A stretch of DNA of 64,000 nt from Eledone cirrhosa (lineage: Eukaryota): positions 17,572 to 81,571 of the forward strand of contig CAXHJY010001071.1 of NCBI GenBank assembly GCA_964016885.1. Direction: 5' to 3'. The stretch's first letter is position 1; the number at the start of each line of letters is the position of its first letter. The notes under the pieces are model-generated. The model was given only the letters and a program-made list of their open reading frames with translations, was not told the origin of the DNA and did not search any database. Below, piece after piece: positions 28,278 through 44,545 of the stretch. The translations under genes were made by a program, and so were the position numbers.

Positions 28278-30602
28278 TTAGGGAGAAGTGTTTAGACGGG
28301 GTCCGTATTTGTTAATGAAGTAAGATTCCTTGCTGATGCGCTGGGTGTGGGTGGCATTATCTTTAAATTTGTAGAGGGGAAAGATTCTGAAGTTGGGATG
28401 ATTTGGGGCGGCACAGATATCAATGTGTTCACTCAGTGGTATTTTCCTGTATTCCCGTATTTTAATTTGGGATCTATGGACAGTCATGCGTTGGCGGAGG
28501 CTGTATTTGGTCTGGCCTATGTATTGTTCTCGACAACCTGAACAAGTTAATACATATATTAGATTTTCCGATGCACATGTGAAATTGTGTTTTACTATAA
28601 AACGTTGTCCATCTTTGAAATAGAATTCCGAACCCTCTATTAGGTTGATGCAAATGCCACAGTTGGGTCTATCGCATTTTTTTACTTGGGGTTTCGTTGT
28701 TGTGGTTGGCAGTGCATTGGCATGTGTTAAGATGTTTTTCATTGACTTGGATTGTCTTTTGCTCTTTATGATATCGTGTGTTCGCAGAATTTGGTTCATT
28801 CTATGGTCCTTTTTCAATACAGGGATGTTCTGGAGGATGGTGTCAAAGGCCTCATTGTTGAGGGGGTTGTGTGTGCAGATGTATGGAAGAGCTTTTAGTT
28901 TTGGTTGATTTAGTTTAGGGTGTCTAAGGTCCTGGGTACTGAGTTTTAGGGCACGTTGTATTCCATTGTCAATTAGGGATGCAGGGTAGTCCCTGCCTAT
29001 GAGTGTGTCCTTTAGTTCTTGTAGCCGTAAGTAGCAGATGTTTTTATTGGAGACTATAGTACAGATTCTCTTGGCTAAGTTGTAGGGAATATTAATTTTA
29101 ACGTGTCTAGGGTGGCAAGAGTTGAAGGGAAGATATTGCTTGGAGTCTGTGGGCTTGTAGTATATGTCTGTTTCTATTTTTTTGTTATGGATCTTAATGA
29201 GGATGTCGAGGAAGGGGAGTTGTTGATGGCTGTATTCTATCGTGAAGTTAATATTTGTGTTGAGCCCATTTATAAGGGTGTGAAATTCTTTAAGTTTTTC
29301 GATGTTTTCGTGCCAAAGGATGAAGCAGTCATCTAGATATCGCTTCCAGTTCCTTTCAATGTGTAAGTGGAGGGTGTTTCCAAATTTGTTTAGGACTTTA
29401 GTGTAGAAGGTGATTTCCAGGTATCCCATGACTAGGTTGGCATAAGTGGGGGCTGTTTTCTTTCCCATAGCGGTCCCAGATTTCTGCCTGTAGGGTTTGT
29501 TATTGAAAACGAAGTAATTTTTCTCCAAGATAAATTTGAGTCCCTCTATCACGAATTATTTTTTGATGCGTTGTGGGAGTTCATTGTGGAAATTATCCAG
29601 CCAGAATTGGATAGCTTCTATTCCTAGGTTGTGGGGGATGTTGGAGTATAGGTTGACTACATCGAACGTCACTAGTAGGGTCTGTTCAGGAAGTGGCATA
29701 TTAGGGAGGTGATTGAGCATATCTAGGTCGTCCCTTATATAGCTTTTGATGTGCTTGAGGAAGGGTTTGAGAAGGGTATCAATGAAGTTGCCAGGACGGT
29801 GCGTTTTGCAAGCGGGGCCTGCTATTATAGGTCTTAATTTGAGATCATTGGGTGAGGGGACATTGATGACTATGTCTGTGGCTTCCTAGCATGCCTTACT
29901 TATTGATTCGCTTTTATGTACTTTAGGGATACCGTAGAAAAGGCTGGATTCACTTGTGAAGTCTGTGATGAAGCTGAATTCCTTGTTAGTGAGTCCTTCT
30001 TTGTATTGGTTGATTAGAGTTTTTAGGTTTCTCATAATTTTCTGTTGATTGTAGTGTTCAGCCTTTTCGTAGTATGTTTCGTTTTCCAAAGTGCAGAGCG
30101 CTAAGTTGATATAGAATTCTGTCTCCATTAGGACTACTGTACTCCCTTTATCAGCCTCTTTAATTGTAATGGTTCTGTCGGTTTTTAATCTATTTAATTC
30201 TTCCCATTCTTTCTTGTTGAGGTTTGGCTTGTGTTTTTGTCTGTGCAAGTGTTGGTAAGGGAAGTTTGTGATGTATTCACAGAATTCGTCCAGGATTTTA
30301 TTTCTACCTTTTGAAGGGGTGTAATTGCTTCTATTTCTGGCTAATGATTCATCCTCATTGTACTGGTCGAATAGTTGTTCACTAAGTCGTAACTTTCTAC
30401 AGAAGTCTGTGATGTCTTCCTTCATTTCATAGTAGTTAGGACGTAGTGGGGTCGGTGTGAATTTAAGACCTTTGCAGAGTAAGTTGATAAGGTTGGGTGT
30501 TGGTTCTGCACTAGTAAGATTGATAATTTTTATTACTATCGGTTTCTCCTCCCTGTCTTGTGTTATTTTGTTTGCCTGTATCTGTGTGCTGTGCCTAAAA
30601 AA
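28278..30602 (-). pseudogene. PLE ORF2: reverse transcriptase + GIY-YIG endonuclease, one frame with two premature stops
   Basis: ORF-track pieces 29886-30425 and 28278-29552 are in the same frame and are joined by manually translated RT sequence. Stops lie at ~29886 (TAG) and ~29556 (TAA). The frame is open upstream to ~30632, with no ATG before 30425. Confidence 0.9.
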
Positions 30603-31926
30603 TGGTTGGGGTAGAGGGGTTGTCTGCTGATGTTAAGTGGTCTCCTGTGTTTGTTATATTCCTTGTTGTTGTAAAATGTGGTTCGGGTTGGTGGTTGTAG
30701 ATTGAATGGGGTGTTCCTGTACTGCGAGTATGGGTGTGTGTTTCTATGTGCCATGTTGTATTGTGGTGTTATAAGTGGCCTACGTTGTTGGTTGTATCGT
30801 GTGGTGTGGGTTTGTTGTGTATTGTGGAAGCGAGAGTTGAGAAATTGGTAATTACCTTGCTGTCCCCTTGAAGCGGGGAAGTTGTTACATCTATCATGGC
30901 GGTGGTATCTTTTCCCTATGTTTGACGATGAGGCATCCGCGTAGTAGTTGAGTGATTTGGTATGGTGTCTCCTTGAAGGGGGAAAGTTGTAAATGTCATT
31001 CTGGGGGAGATGAATTCTTGAGTTTTTGTTCCTTCTTATAGTAGCGAGGTTGGGAAGTTCATCTTCGGTGTGGTGCTTCCTTCTTCGTTTGTTAGAGGCT
31101 TGGGGGTTTGAGAAGTTGTTGTGCGGTTCAGTTATGGGTTTTCCTATTTTTATGACCGGGTTATTGGAGGTGTAATCCGTTTGAAAAGTCGATTCATAGT
31201 GTAGGAACCAAGCGGCACTTTTTCCCAGCGTTGAAGGGATTTCAGTTCTTCTCTGTTGCAGTCCCCTTTCAATAATTTGGAGATCTTCTCTACCTTGGGG
31301 CCTTCAGTTTTGTTGTTGATTTCCAGGATGATCTCTTCATCGATGGTTTTGATTTTTTCCTCATTTGTTTGGGCCCTCAGTTTAAGAAGTTCAATTTCTG
31401 TCTTCATTTTTTCCAATACCATTCTTTCCCTAAGGTGTCTTTGAGGTTCGGGTTCATTTGTAATGGCCTTTATTTGTAGTTTACGGGGGAGAGTTAGAGG
31501 GGTTGAGTTAAGCCATTTTTCATATCTCTCTGCTTTGTTGTGATTTTGTATCATCTTCCAGAATGAGAACTTTCCGTCTCTGAGGGATTTGTTCCATTTT
31601 GGAATTGTTCGAATTTTCATTTTGTGTGAATCAATCTCACATGGTTCTTCGTTGGTTTTTGCTGGGTTGGTAGTAGTGAACATAGTTAGGATAGTATCAC
31701 AAAGGTTTTGGAGTTTGTCGCCGATTTCGGAGGGTTTGTATCCGGTGGCGGTTTCCGTATTTGTGGAGTCAAGTTTGTCGACCAGCAAAGATAGGTTGGT
31801 GTTGATTTTCTTGAGTTCCTGTAGGATCTCTTCATTTGAGTTGATGAGGGTTGTATCCGTTTTTGTTGGCATTTTCTGTATCTCGTGTGAGGATATGATA
31901 GTTAAAAGAATAGAGGTGTAACACAC
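30563..31926 (-). pseudogene. PLE ORF1 (~450 aa): coiled-coil N-half, N/H/Q/R/T/P-rich C-half; one 1-nt frameshift near 31220
   Basis: ORF 31150-31926 has heptad-like segments (ILQELKKINTNLSLLVDKL; LEKMKTEIELLKLRAQTNEEKIKTIDEEI). Manual translation shows a stop-free frame from ~31220 into ORF 30563-30754. Confidence 0.72.
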
Positions 31927-31939
31927 AAGTTATTATATA

Positions 31940-32294
31940 TTGGTAAACGGAATAGAAAATGCTGACAAATTGTTCACAGTTGAAAAATGGTTTAATTAGG
32001 AATAAAACAGTATTTGAGATTGTATGGGTTAGTATTCAGTTGTGGTTTTAAGTTTTTAAGTTTTTACCGGTTGCGCATTTCTAAATGCTTTTCAAAAATA
32101 ATTTTGAGATAGAGTGTCCGTGCTGTTTGCTCTGATCTGATTAGTTTTGGGAATTCTACCTGTTTTTATGTTAAAAAAGTGGCTCCAGCAACAATTCTTG
32201 TGGTCAAAACAATTTTGATTGGTCGGTAGAGGTCAATTGAATAAAAAATTGGTTTTGCGCCAATATTGAGAAATGACTCTTTCACAACAAATAT
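31940..32294 (-). repeat. 5' pLTR of full-length PLE
   Basis: Direct repeat of 27047-27525, immediately upstream of ORF1. Confidence 0.88.
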
Positions 32295-32296
32295 GT

Positions 32297-32344
<48 letters not shown>

Positions 32345-32346
32345 TT

Positions 32347-32383
<37 letters not shown>

Positions 32384-32410
32384 ATATATTTGTATATATA
32401 TATATATATT

Positions 32411-32453
<43 letters not shown>

Positions 32454-32538
32454 ATATATATATTTATATATTTGTATATATATATATATATATATATGTA
32501 CACAAATATATATATATATTTGTATATATATATATATT

Positions 32539-32591
<53 letters not shown>

Positions 32592-33990
32592 CGTTATACT
32601 TGGGGAGGGTCATATTTGTGTAATATTGCCGGATTTAATAACATATCACACTCACCGTTTGGTTGGACCCAACAGAAATAGAAAGACACATCCAACATTT
32701 CATCAACCGCATGTAACTCTCTGGCTACAACCAAAGAGACAGAGTCAGAGTATACGAAGGCGCCATGGAGAAGTAAAGACCCTCATAGAACTGGACAGGA
32801 AAGGAATTTGCCCATTATACAGGAGCAAATCACGGAATAGCTTAGATAGGGCTAGACATAAGATAGGGAAAGCCACCTCATGGCACGACAACCAGAGATA
32901 CCAGAGTGTCATGCTTGTGGGCGCTACCCCTGTAGAGAAATTAACTAACCAGTGTAGAAAGGCCCTGAGAAAGACCCACTTAAATATTAAGGTGGTAGAA
33001 AAGCCAGGAACCACCATAAAATCTCTGATCAGCAAAACCTACCCTTTAAAGAAAACCCACTGTACTAATAGGAAATCTATCATATGTAAGGTAAACCTCC
33101 GGATAAACTGTAAAACTAGAAACGTAGTCTATAGCATAAGATGTACAGAGGGTACTTGCAGAAAAATGACAACAACATACATAGGCGAGACAGCTCGTAG
33201 CATAGGTGAGAGGATAGACCAACAATGGGGAGAACTAAAAGGACGAAAAAACGGTTCAGTATTATACGAACATGCCCGACAACAACACGACGGTAACATA
33301 AACAACATAGAAATTAGAATAATATCTAAACATAGAAATGACCCAGCAGATAGGCAAATCAGAGAGGCCAGTGAAATAGAACTTAGAAGGCCAAGACTAA
33401 ACAGAAAGAATGAATGGAATAACAAAAACACCCAAACAAACAACACTGCCCTAAGAGAAGTATAAATAAATAAATAAATAGATAAATAAATAAATAAATA
33501 CATACACAAGCACAATATCAACAAACGGATATAAACACACACTAGTCACCCAATCACGAACACACATCAAACAAAACACTATTCACACACGCAAACGATT
33601 CGCAAAGAAGACAAAATAAAATAAACAAACAAACAAATAAATAAATAAATATATAGACAGACTAAATAAAAATGGCGTAGACATACAATGTAACGGGAGG
33701 AAACAATAGCACCACTGACGATGTTGCAGATGTGCAACGAAAGAACTTTGATAAACTATATATATGTGTTTGTGTCTATATTGCATCTGTATTATTTTTG
33801 ACCGTCGGTCAGTCAATGGCAACATTGAGGACCGAATAAATTAGATTACCGATATAAAAGACACAGAAGCGAAAAGCGAAAACCAACCAAACACTGAGTG
33901 TGTTCTGTTATTAATTCTGGCAATATTACACAGATATGACACTCCCCAAGTATAACAATATTTGTTTCGACACACGATTTCATATAAAAA
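32592..33990 (+). mobile_element. 5'-truncated Naiad-like PLE (GIY-YIG end + pLTR) with short inverted pLTR tail at 5' end
   Basis: ORF 32626-33465 closely matches 60020-60813 (YIGETARSIGERI, LNRKNEWN). 32592-32666 is the reverse complement of 33885-33957. Confidence 0.88.
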
Positions 33991-34827
33991 ACCTCGCAAA
34001 ACTAATTCATCGCCGTTATATATATATATATATTTATAAATATATATATATATATGGTGGCTGCCAACTCGTTTAGGAGTACGGCCACTACTCTATATCC
34101 ATGTAGGCGAACACCTACCGACGCCCTGAACGAGTGTGACTTTGTAGTCCAGCTAGTGACTTGAAAACTCTGGTACAAACACTACACTTGTGACAATTAT
34201 AGGCACATAGTGCTGGGCCCATGGTACCATGTGAAGACTAGTGCAGAGAGATTTCCAGATATAAAGCAATGCCTGTGCCGTGAAGCTTTTATAGTGAGCA
34301 AAGGCACTGCACAAAGCCAGTCCCACTCTCTTAACCAAGATGATATTTACCAAAAAGTAGAACAAATCATCATCATCGGATATCATCAGAGTTGCAGGAG
34401 TTATATCAGAGTTTTCCTTCTCCTAGAATTCTGCCTTGACAAAGGCTAAGGGGTCATCTCTCCCGGTGATTTTTGAATGGCCATTGACTCTTAAGAGCTC
34501 CTTTGCCCTTTGACAGGTTTTGTTTTTAGTCCTGCAATATGTCCAAAGTCACCCTCCTAACCAAGAAACCTTGGTGGGGTTGCTAGTTTAGTCGCCAACG
34601 ACCCAACCATGAGACAGGTTGTACTGGGATACATGTTAACAGTAGCACCAACTGGCGACCTGACATATATATATAAACAAATATATATATATATATATAT
34701 ATTTGTATATATATATATATATTTGTATATTTATATATATTTGTATATATATATATATATATATTTGTATATATATATATATATATATTTGTATATATAT
34801 ATATATATTTGTATATATATATATATT

Positions 34828-34861
<34 letters not shown>

Positions 34862-34879
34862 AATATATATATATATATA

Positions 34880-35230
34880 CATTAGAAAGTTAGGTTTTTT
34901 TTACAAAATGAAAAATAACCGAGATGTCCTACACGAGTGAAAGTATAAAGAAAAAGAGATGAAATCGAAAATGCAACTGGAGTCTTATTTTTTTTTAAAA
35001 TATATATATTTATTTGGTTCCTTTATCGGTGGTTTCGCAGTACTTTTGCTTTTCAAAAGGTGAGTTGAGATGTAGGGTCTGTAAAAACCAAAGACCCTCC
35101 ATCTCAACTCACCCTGTGAAAAGCAGAAGAACTGCGAAACCGGTAAAGGAACCAAATAAATATATATATTAAAAAAAAAATAAGACTCCAATTGCATTTT
35201 CGATTTCATCTCTTTTTCTTTATATTACTC
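34880..35230. repeat. Fold-back module (family Y); non-folded copy at 45908-46110
   Basis: 34940-35080 pairs with 35092-35228. Contains the U3-A8 hammerhead. Confidence 0.85.
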
Positions 35231-35320
35231 TTTTACCTGTTTCAGCCATACGGCTGAGGCCATGCTGGGGCATATTTGTATATATATATATATTTGTATA
35301 TATATATATATATATATTTG

Positions 35321-35432
<112 letters not shown>

Positions 35433-35486
35433 TATATTTGTATATATATATATTCATATATATATATATATGAATATATATATACA

Positions 35487-35552
<66 letters not shown>

Positions 35553-35613
35553 TATATATAAGTATATATATATATAAATATATAAATAAATATATATATA
35601 AATATATAAATAT

Positions 35614-35650
<37 letters not shown>

Positions 35651-35795
35651 AACATATTAAAAAATATATATATATATAAGTATATATATATAAATATATT
35701 TTTAAAAAATATATATATATAAGTATATGTATATAAATACATAAAAATATATATATATATATATATATAAATATATATATACAGTATATATAAGC

Positions 35796-35832
<37 letters not shown>

Positions 35833-35852
35833 AATATACATATATATATAAG

Positions 35853-35884
<32 letters not shown>

Positions 35885-35909
35885 AATATATATATACATA
35901 AATATAAAT

Positions 35910-38236
<2,327 letters not shown>

Positions 38237-38994
38237 ATATAAGTATATTTATAAATATATATATAAGTTAACTATTTTCCCATTTTGACGCTATAGTCAC
38301 TTATATATTATGGAATACTGTTGGCATATTGCTACAATACTTTCTATACCTTTCATTTATATATTTATACTAGGATTTCTTTCCTAGAGTGCTTAAATTA
38401 TTTGTGACTAATCCCGGTATTTAAAAGAAAAACCGCGCTAATATTGCTTTTTGCTGAACTCCTTATCGGAGAGTTTTTTCGGAATGTTTTTGACTATTGT
38501 TTCATGTAAACAAACATTCGTCTCATTCTGACGTCACCAGCCCTGTTTTTCCACATGTACGTTTTATTTTCATAATCAAGCATGATGTTAAACTAGCCTG
38601 CTTTTAAATTCCCTTTTTGGCATATTAATCAGTGAGAATTTGGCTATCGTTTTGAGCTCTGCTGACGATCGAATTCCAACCGTGACCATCCCCACTGAAA
38701 ATGTTCGTGAAATAATATTTTCAAGACTATACAGAGCATTTGTAGTTGTTCCAAATTGAAGGATGAGTATTATAAACTTTATTTTATCATGAGTTAAGGC
38801 TCTATTGATTTTTCCCTGGATTTCGCTATATTCTGTTGGATTAATCTATATACTGATTCTTTTTTGAATTGAGTTTGAATTATTTTTCCCACATCTTACG
38901 TTAACTATTTTCCCATTTTGACGCTATAGTCACTTATATAATATGGAATACTGTTGGCTTCTTGCTACAATACTGTCTATACCTTTCATTTATA

Positions 38995-40153
<1,159 letters not shown>

Positions 40154-40424
40154 ACTATGCATTCCACATTTACCATTATACACCCGTGGGCATACAAACT
40201 AACTCTATTTATTACTATATCAATTATACTAGTCAATCAGACATTTCTTTCACGCCTTCCTTTCCACTGAAATTGATAATATTTCTACCATTTCAAACGA
40301 TATGCTATCGGCATTACTATGTTGGTATAGAGACATTAAATTTTTTCATCTCCACAAAACCTAAAACTCTTATTTAAATGGGGAAAGACATTTAGTGCAA
40401 TCAATTGATAGCAAATACTTCTGA

Positions 40425-41400
40425 TTGTTGTAGCTGTTGGTGCTGTTTCTGTTGTTGTTGCATCCGTTGTCGTCGCTGTTGTTGTTGTTGTTGTTGTTGT
40501 TGTTATATGTGTTGTTGTTACTGTTATGTTATTGCTGTTGCTGTTGTTGCTGTTATTGTTGGTGCTGTTTCTTTTGTTGTTACATCTGTTGTCGTCGCTG
40601 TTGTTGTTGTTGTTGTTGTTGTTATTATTTTTGTTGTTGTTACTGTTTCTGTTACTGTTTTTGCTGTTGTTGCTGTTATTGTTGGTGCTGTTACTCTTGT
40701 GTCTGTCGTTGCTGTTATTGTTACTGCTATTGTTGTTGTAATTATTGTTCCTTCTATTTTAATTGCTATAGTTGTTGGTGTGGGATAATGTTGTTGTTGG
40801 AACTATAACTGTTGTTGCTGTTATTGTTGTTGTTATTGTTGTTGTTGTAACTGGTGTTGTTATTGTTGTTGTTGTTGTTATTGTTGTTGCTGTAACTGGT
40901 GTTGCTGTTATTGTTGTTGCTGTTATTGTTGTTGTTGTTATTGTTGTTGTTGTAACTGTTTTTGTTATTGTTGTTGTTATTTTTGGTGTTTTAACTTATG
41001 TTGCTGTTATTGTTACTGTTGTTGTTGCTGTTACTGGTGTTGCTGTTATTGTTGTTACTGCTATTGTTGTTGCTGCTATTGTTATTGTTATTTTTGGTGC
41101 TGTAACTTATGTTACTGTTATTGTTGTTGGTGTAACTGTTATTGTTGCTGTTGTAACTGTTGTTGCTCTTATTGTTGTTGCTGTAACCGTTTTTGGTGTT
41201 ACTGTTGTTGTTGTTATTGTTGTTGCTGTAACTATGTTGTTGATGTTAATGTTGTTGATGTTACTATTGTTGTTGTTAATATTGTTGATGTTACTGTTGC
41301 TGTTATTGTTGTTGGTCTTAATATTGTTGGTGTTACTGTTGTTGGTCTTACTGTTGTTGTTATTGTTGTTGGTGCTTTTGATGCGGTTATTATTATTCAT
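40425..41400. repeat. Degenerate (TTG)n-derived trinucleotide array
   Basis: TTG/CTG/TTA triplets, which produce the poly-V/L/C and poly-N/T ORFs. Confidence 0.93.
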
Positions 41401-41489
41401 TATTCGAGGATTTTTAGCATCGAAAGAGCGTTGGCCAACATGCTTTCTGCATATAATTATGTCCATTTACGTTCAAAGTTCAAATAATG

Positions 41490-42630
41490 GCAATGTGAAC
41501 GTTCATCCTTACATGGTGTTTAAATAAAGTACCAGTAACGCTCTGAGGTCAATTTAATCGACTCACCCCTCATCCCATTGTTGGTCTTGTGGTGGTTTGG
41601 CAGTATCGGTAGAGGGTCAGACATGCTTTCTAGCGTAGTTACGTCCCTTTACAATCTGAGTTCAAATCCAGCCGAAGTTAACTTTGCCTTTTATCCTTAT
41701 GAGGTCGATCAAATGAAGTACCAGTCACGAACTGGGGTAGATTTAATCGGCTTTACCCTCCCCAAAGTTCTAATTCCACCAAGGTTAGCTGTGCCTTTCA
41801 TCCTTACTGGGTCGATAACAGAAAGTACCAATGATGTACTGGGATCGATTTAATCAGTTTTTCCCCTCCCCGAAATATTGCTGGCCTTGTGCCTATTGTA
41901 TAAATCATCATTGTTATTATAATAACTATTATTATTAGTAGTACTAGTATTAGTAGTAGTATCCTCATTATTATTATATACGGGGTCGATAAAATAAAGT
42001 ACCAGTAATGCACTGGGTAATTGCTGGCCTTGTGCCTAAAGTAGAAACAATTATTATATATGGTGGATTAGCAGAATTGGGGGATTATCGCATAAAATAC
42101 AACTGTGTTATTTGATCCGACACTTTTTCAGTTCAAACACTACCGACGTCAAATTTGACTTTCATCCATTCACATGCAATAAAATAATGTTCCATTTAAA
42201 TATTGTGATCAATATAATCGAATTTCCCCTTTCACATCTTTTTTGGCCTTGTGCCAAATTTAAAAAAGAAACATTAATGTTGTGGAATGGTAGAATTCCT
42301 AAAGCGTTGGATAAAATTCTGTTGCCATGACTGATTCAGCTTGTTCTATTCTCATTTAAAATTCACACCGAGATGAGCTTTGATTTTCCTCCTTCCAGCG
42401 TCGATAGAATAAAATATCAGTCAATAACTGAAGTATTAAGATTGGTGGATTAACAACAATATTAAAGCATTAAATATAATGTACAATATCATTTATTTAC
42501 TGCCTTTTACGTCTAGACATCAAATCTCTCCGATTATCAATGTACGCTTCTACCTTCCAGAAACGATAAAATCAAGCACGAGACAGTTACTTTAGTTGAT
42601 TTAATCAACGTTGTCCTTCTTGCGTGCTAT
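41490..42630 (+). mobile_element. Cluster of full and partial, partly decayed SINE family 1 copies
   Basis: Repeated core motif (cctttcatcctta..ggtcgataa..aagtacca) and tail (tgctggccttgtgccta). Confidence 0.72.
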
Positions 42631-43663
42631 TTACGACATTACCCTAAGCATAACAGTAAGTGTAAGAAAGGGAGAAACATTACCTTTCTCTCATTTAATG
42701 GTCTGAACTTATTGAAGAATATGTACTAACACTATGCTGAATATTAATTTCCTGAATTTGGTTATGTATTTATCTGTGTGATTTTTTTTATCACTCCCAG
42801 AGCACCTATAGAGATTTTTTCTGTTTTTCTCAATCTATATTCAAGGCATTTCTATCTCTAGATATGGATATTTGGATATGCTCTCCATTTCTTGGGTAAA
42901 TATATTGTCGCCTGTGGGATAGATACATAAATTAGAAGATATTTTTTTCTTTGTTTTCTTTGACAATAATAACCGGTCGGCTGGCTTTGGATTTCCTGTA
43001 TCTGTGTATCGGCATAACCCAGAATTTAATTGTTTGTCATTTTCAGACAGATTTTCTGAGGTCGGTTTGTTCCATCTTTTTTCCTGTTGGTATTTCGTAT
43101 TGTTGGCATATCTTCGTGTTTATGAAAATTCCAACTCTGCTATATCTGTGAAGATTTTTTTTTGGGGGGGCGGGCTTGAGAGACCAAGATAATGAAGTGA
43201 ACCTTTTCCTTATCCATCACCACATATTATGCAGTTACTTAGTGATTATAATTATTATTATGTCGTCCCTTGTGACAAATAGATGAATTATTATTAGTAT
43301 TATTATTATTATTAAGCAGAATAATTAGCATCATTTGTATATAATTTGCTTCTCTCTTAAGGCATGACAATTGTAAATGACACTATATCAAATATTAGTC
43401 AGCCATCTTAATTCGGTTTTGTACTAATTATATTTATTCCAACAGCAACACTAGTTGCTGCTTATTCTTTACTAATAGAGAAACAGATAGGCCGAGAGTC
43501 AGTGAGACAAATAGGCAGATAGTTAGGCACACAGCGAACATATAAACAGATATAGGGACAAACGGACGGACAGACACAGGGAGAGACACATATAAAAGAG
43601 ACAATGATGCAAACAGACAGAAATACAAACGAACAGACAGACAGACAAATAGACAGAGAGAGT

Positions 43664-43764
<101 letters not shown>

Positions 43765-44039
43765 TGAGAGAGAGTGGGGTATTTTCACATAATATCTAAG
43801 AGACTGATATTAGACAGATAGAGTCAGATAATTAATTCACGCGTACATCTCAGACTTATGTTGTTTATTAATGTAATAGCCATTGTGTCCTATGAGCAAA
43901 TCAAACGTATATTTGCGGTGCATGTGACTGAAATATTATAGAAGTGGTTATGCCTGGTTCAGGGTGATTCATTTTCCAAACGTATGGTACACTTTATTGT
44001 GAATGAAGTATGTTGAATGGAAACTTTGATTTCACTTTT

Positions 44040-44154
<115 letters not shown>

Positions 44155-44294
44155 AAAATGTATGACGCCGACGGCAGACCAAAGCCGTTTCGACGGGTGG
44201 GGTCATACATTTTCCTATTACCCACTCTACTACCCTAAGTATTGAGTACTCTGCTGCGTTATGGTTAATCTGGTTCCTTACCACAACTTCTTCG

Positions 44295-44335
<41 letters not shown>

Positions 44336-44421
44336 AACAAAAGATGGTTAAATGAGTTCCATGTATTTTATTATGCGCATTATCTGCATTGCTTTATTGT
44401 ACTACAATAAAACTCACCTCC

Positions 44422-44481
<60 letters not shown>

Positions 44482-44545
44482 TATGTTTACGTACATACAT
44501 ATATGTATACAGACGTACAGTAGTATGTATATATATATATATATA

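Larger units (their letters stand above)
27047..32294 (-). mobile_element. Apparently full-length Penelope-like retroelement (Neptune-like; ORF1 + RT + GIY-YIG) flanked by direct pLTRs, inserted in (TA)n
   Basis: PLE RT motifs (IINLT..LLCKGLKFTPTP, LRPIIAG, LVTFDVVNLYSNIP, GTAMG..APTYANL, WKRYLDDCF, PFLD, YYKPTD), Cys linker (KKCDRPNCGIC) and GIY-YIG (NLIYVLTC..C..QYIGQT). Near-identical direct repeats at 27047-27525 and 31940-32294. Clade assignment is from recalled motifs. Confidence 0.92.

Noticed and set aside
31215-31230. Second frameshift within PLE ORF1 as a programmed site
   Set aside because: G_GAA_AAA in the ORF phase is not a canonical slippery heptamer; more likely a 1-nt loss in an A-run of this decayed copy.
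34055-34125. HDV-like ribozyme (G-U first pair, GGCGAA)
   Set aside because: Could not place P2, P3 and P1.1 in the required nested double-pseudoknot order.
40405-41527. Poly-V/L/C and poly-N/T ORFs resembling mucins or membrane proteins
   Set aside because: Degenerate (TTG)n array open in several frames on both strands; no splice or flanking coding support.
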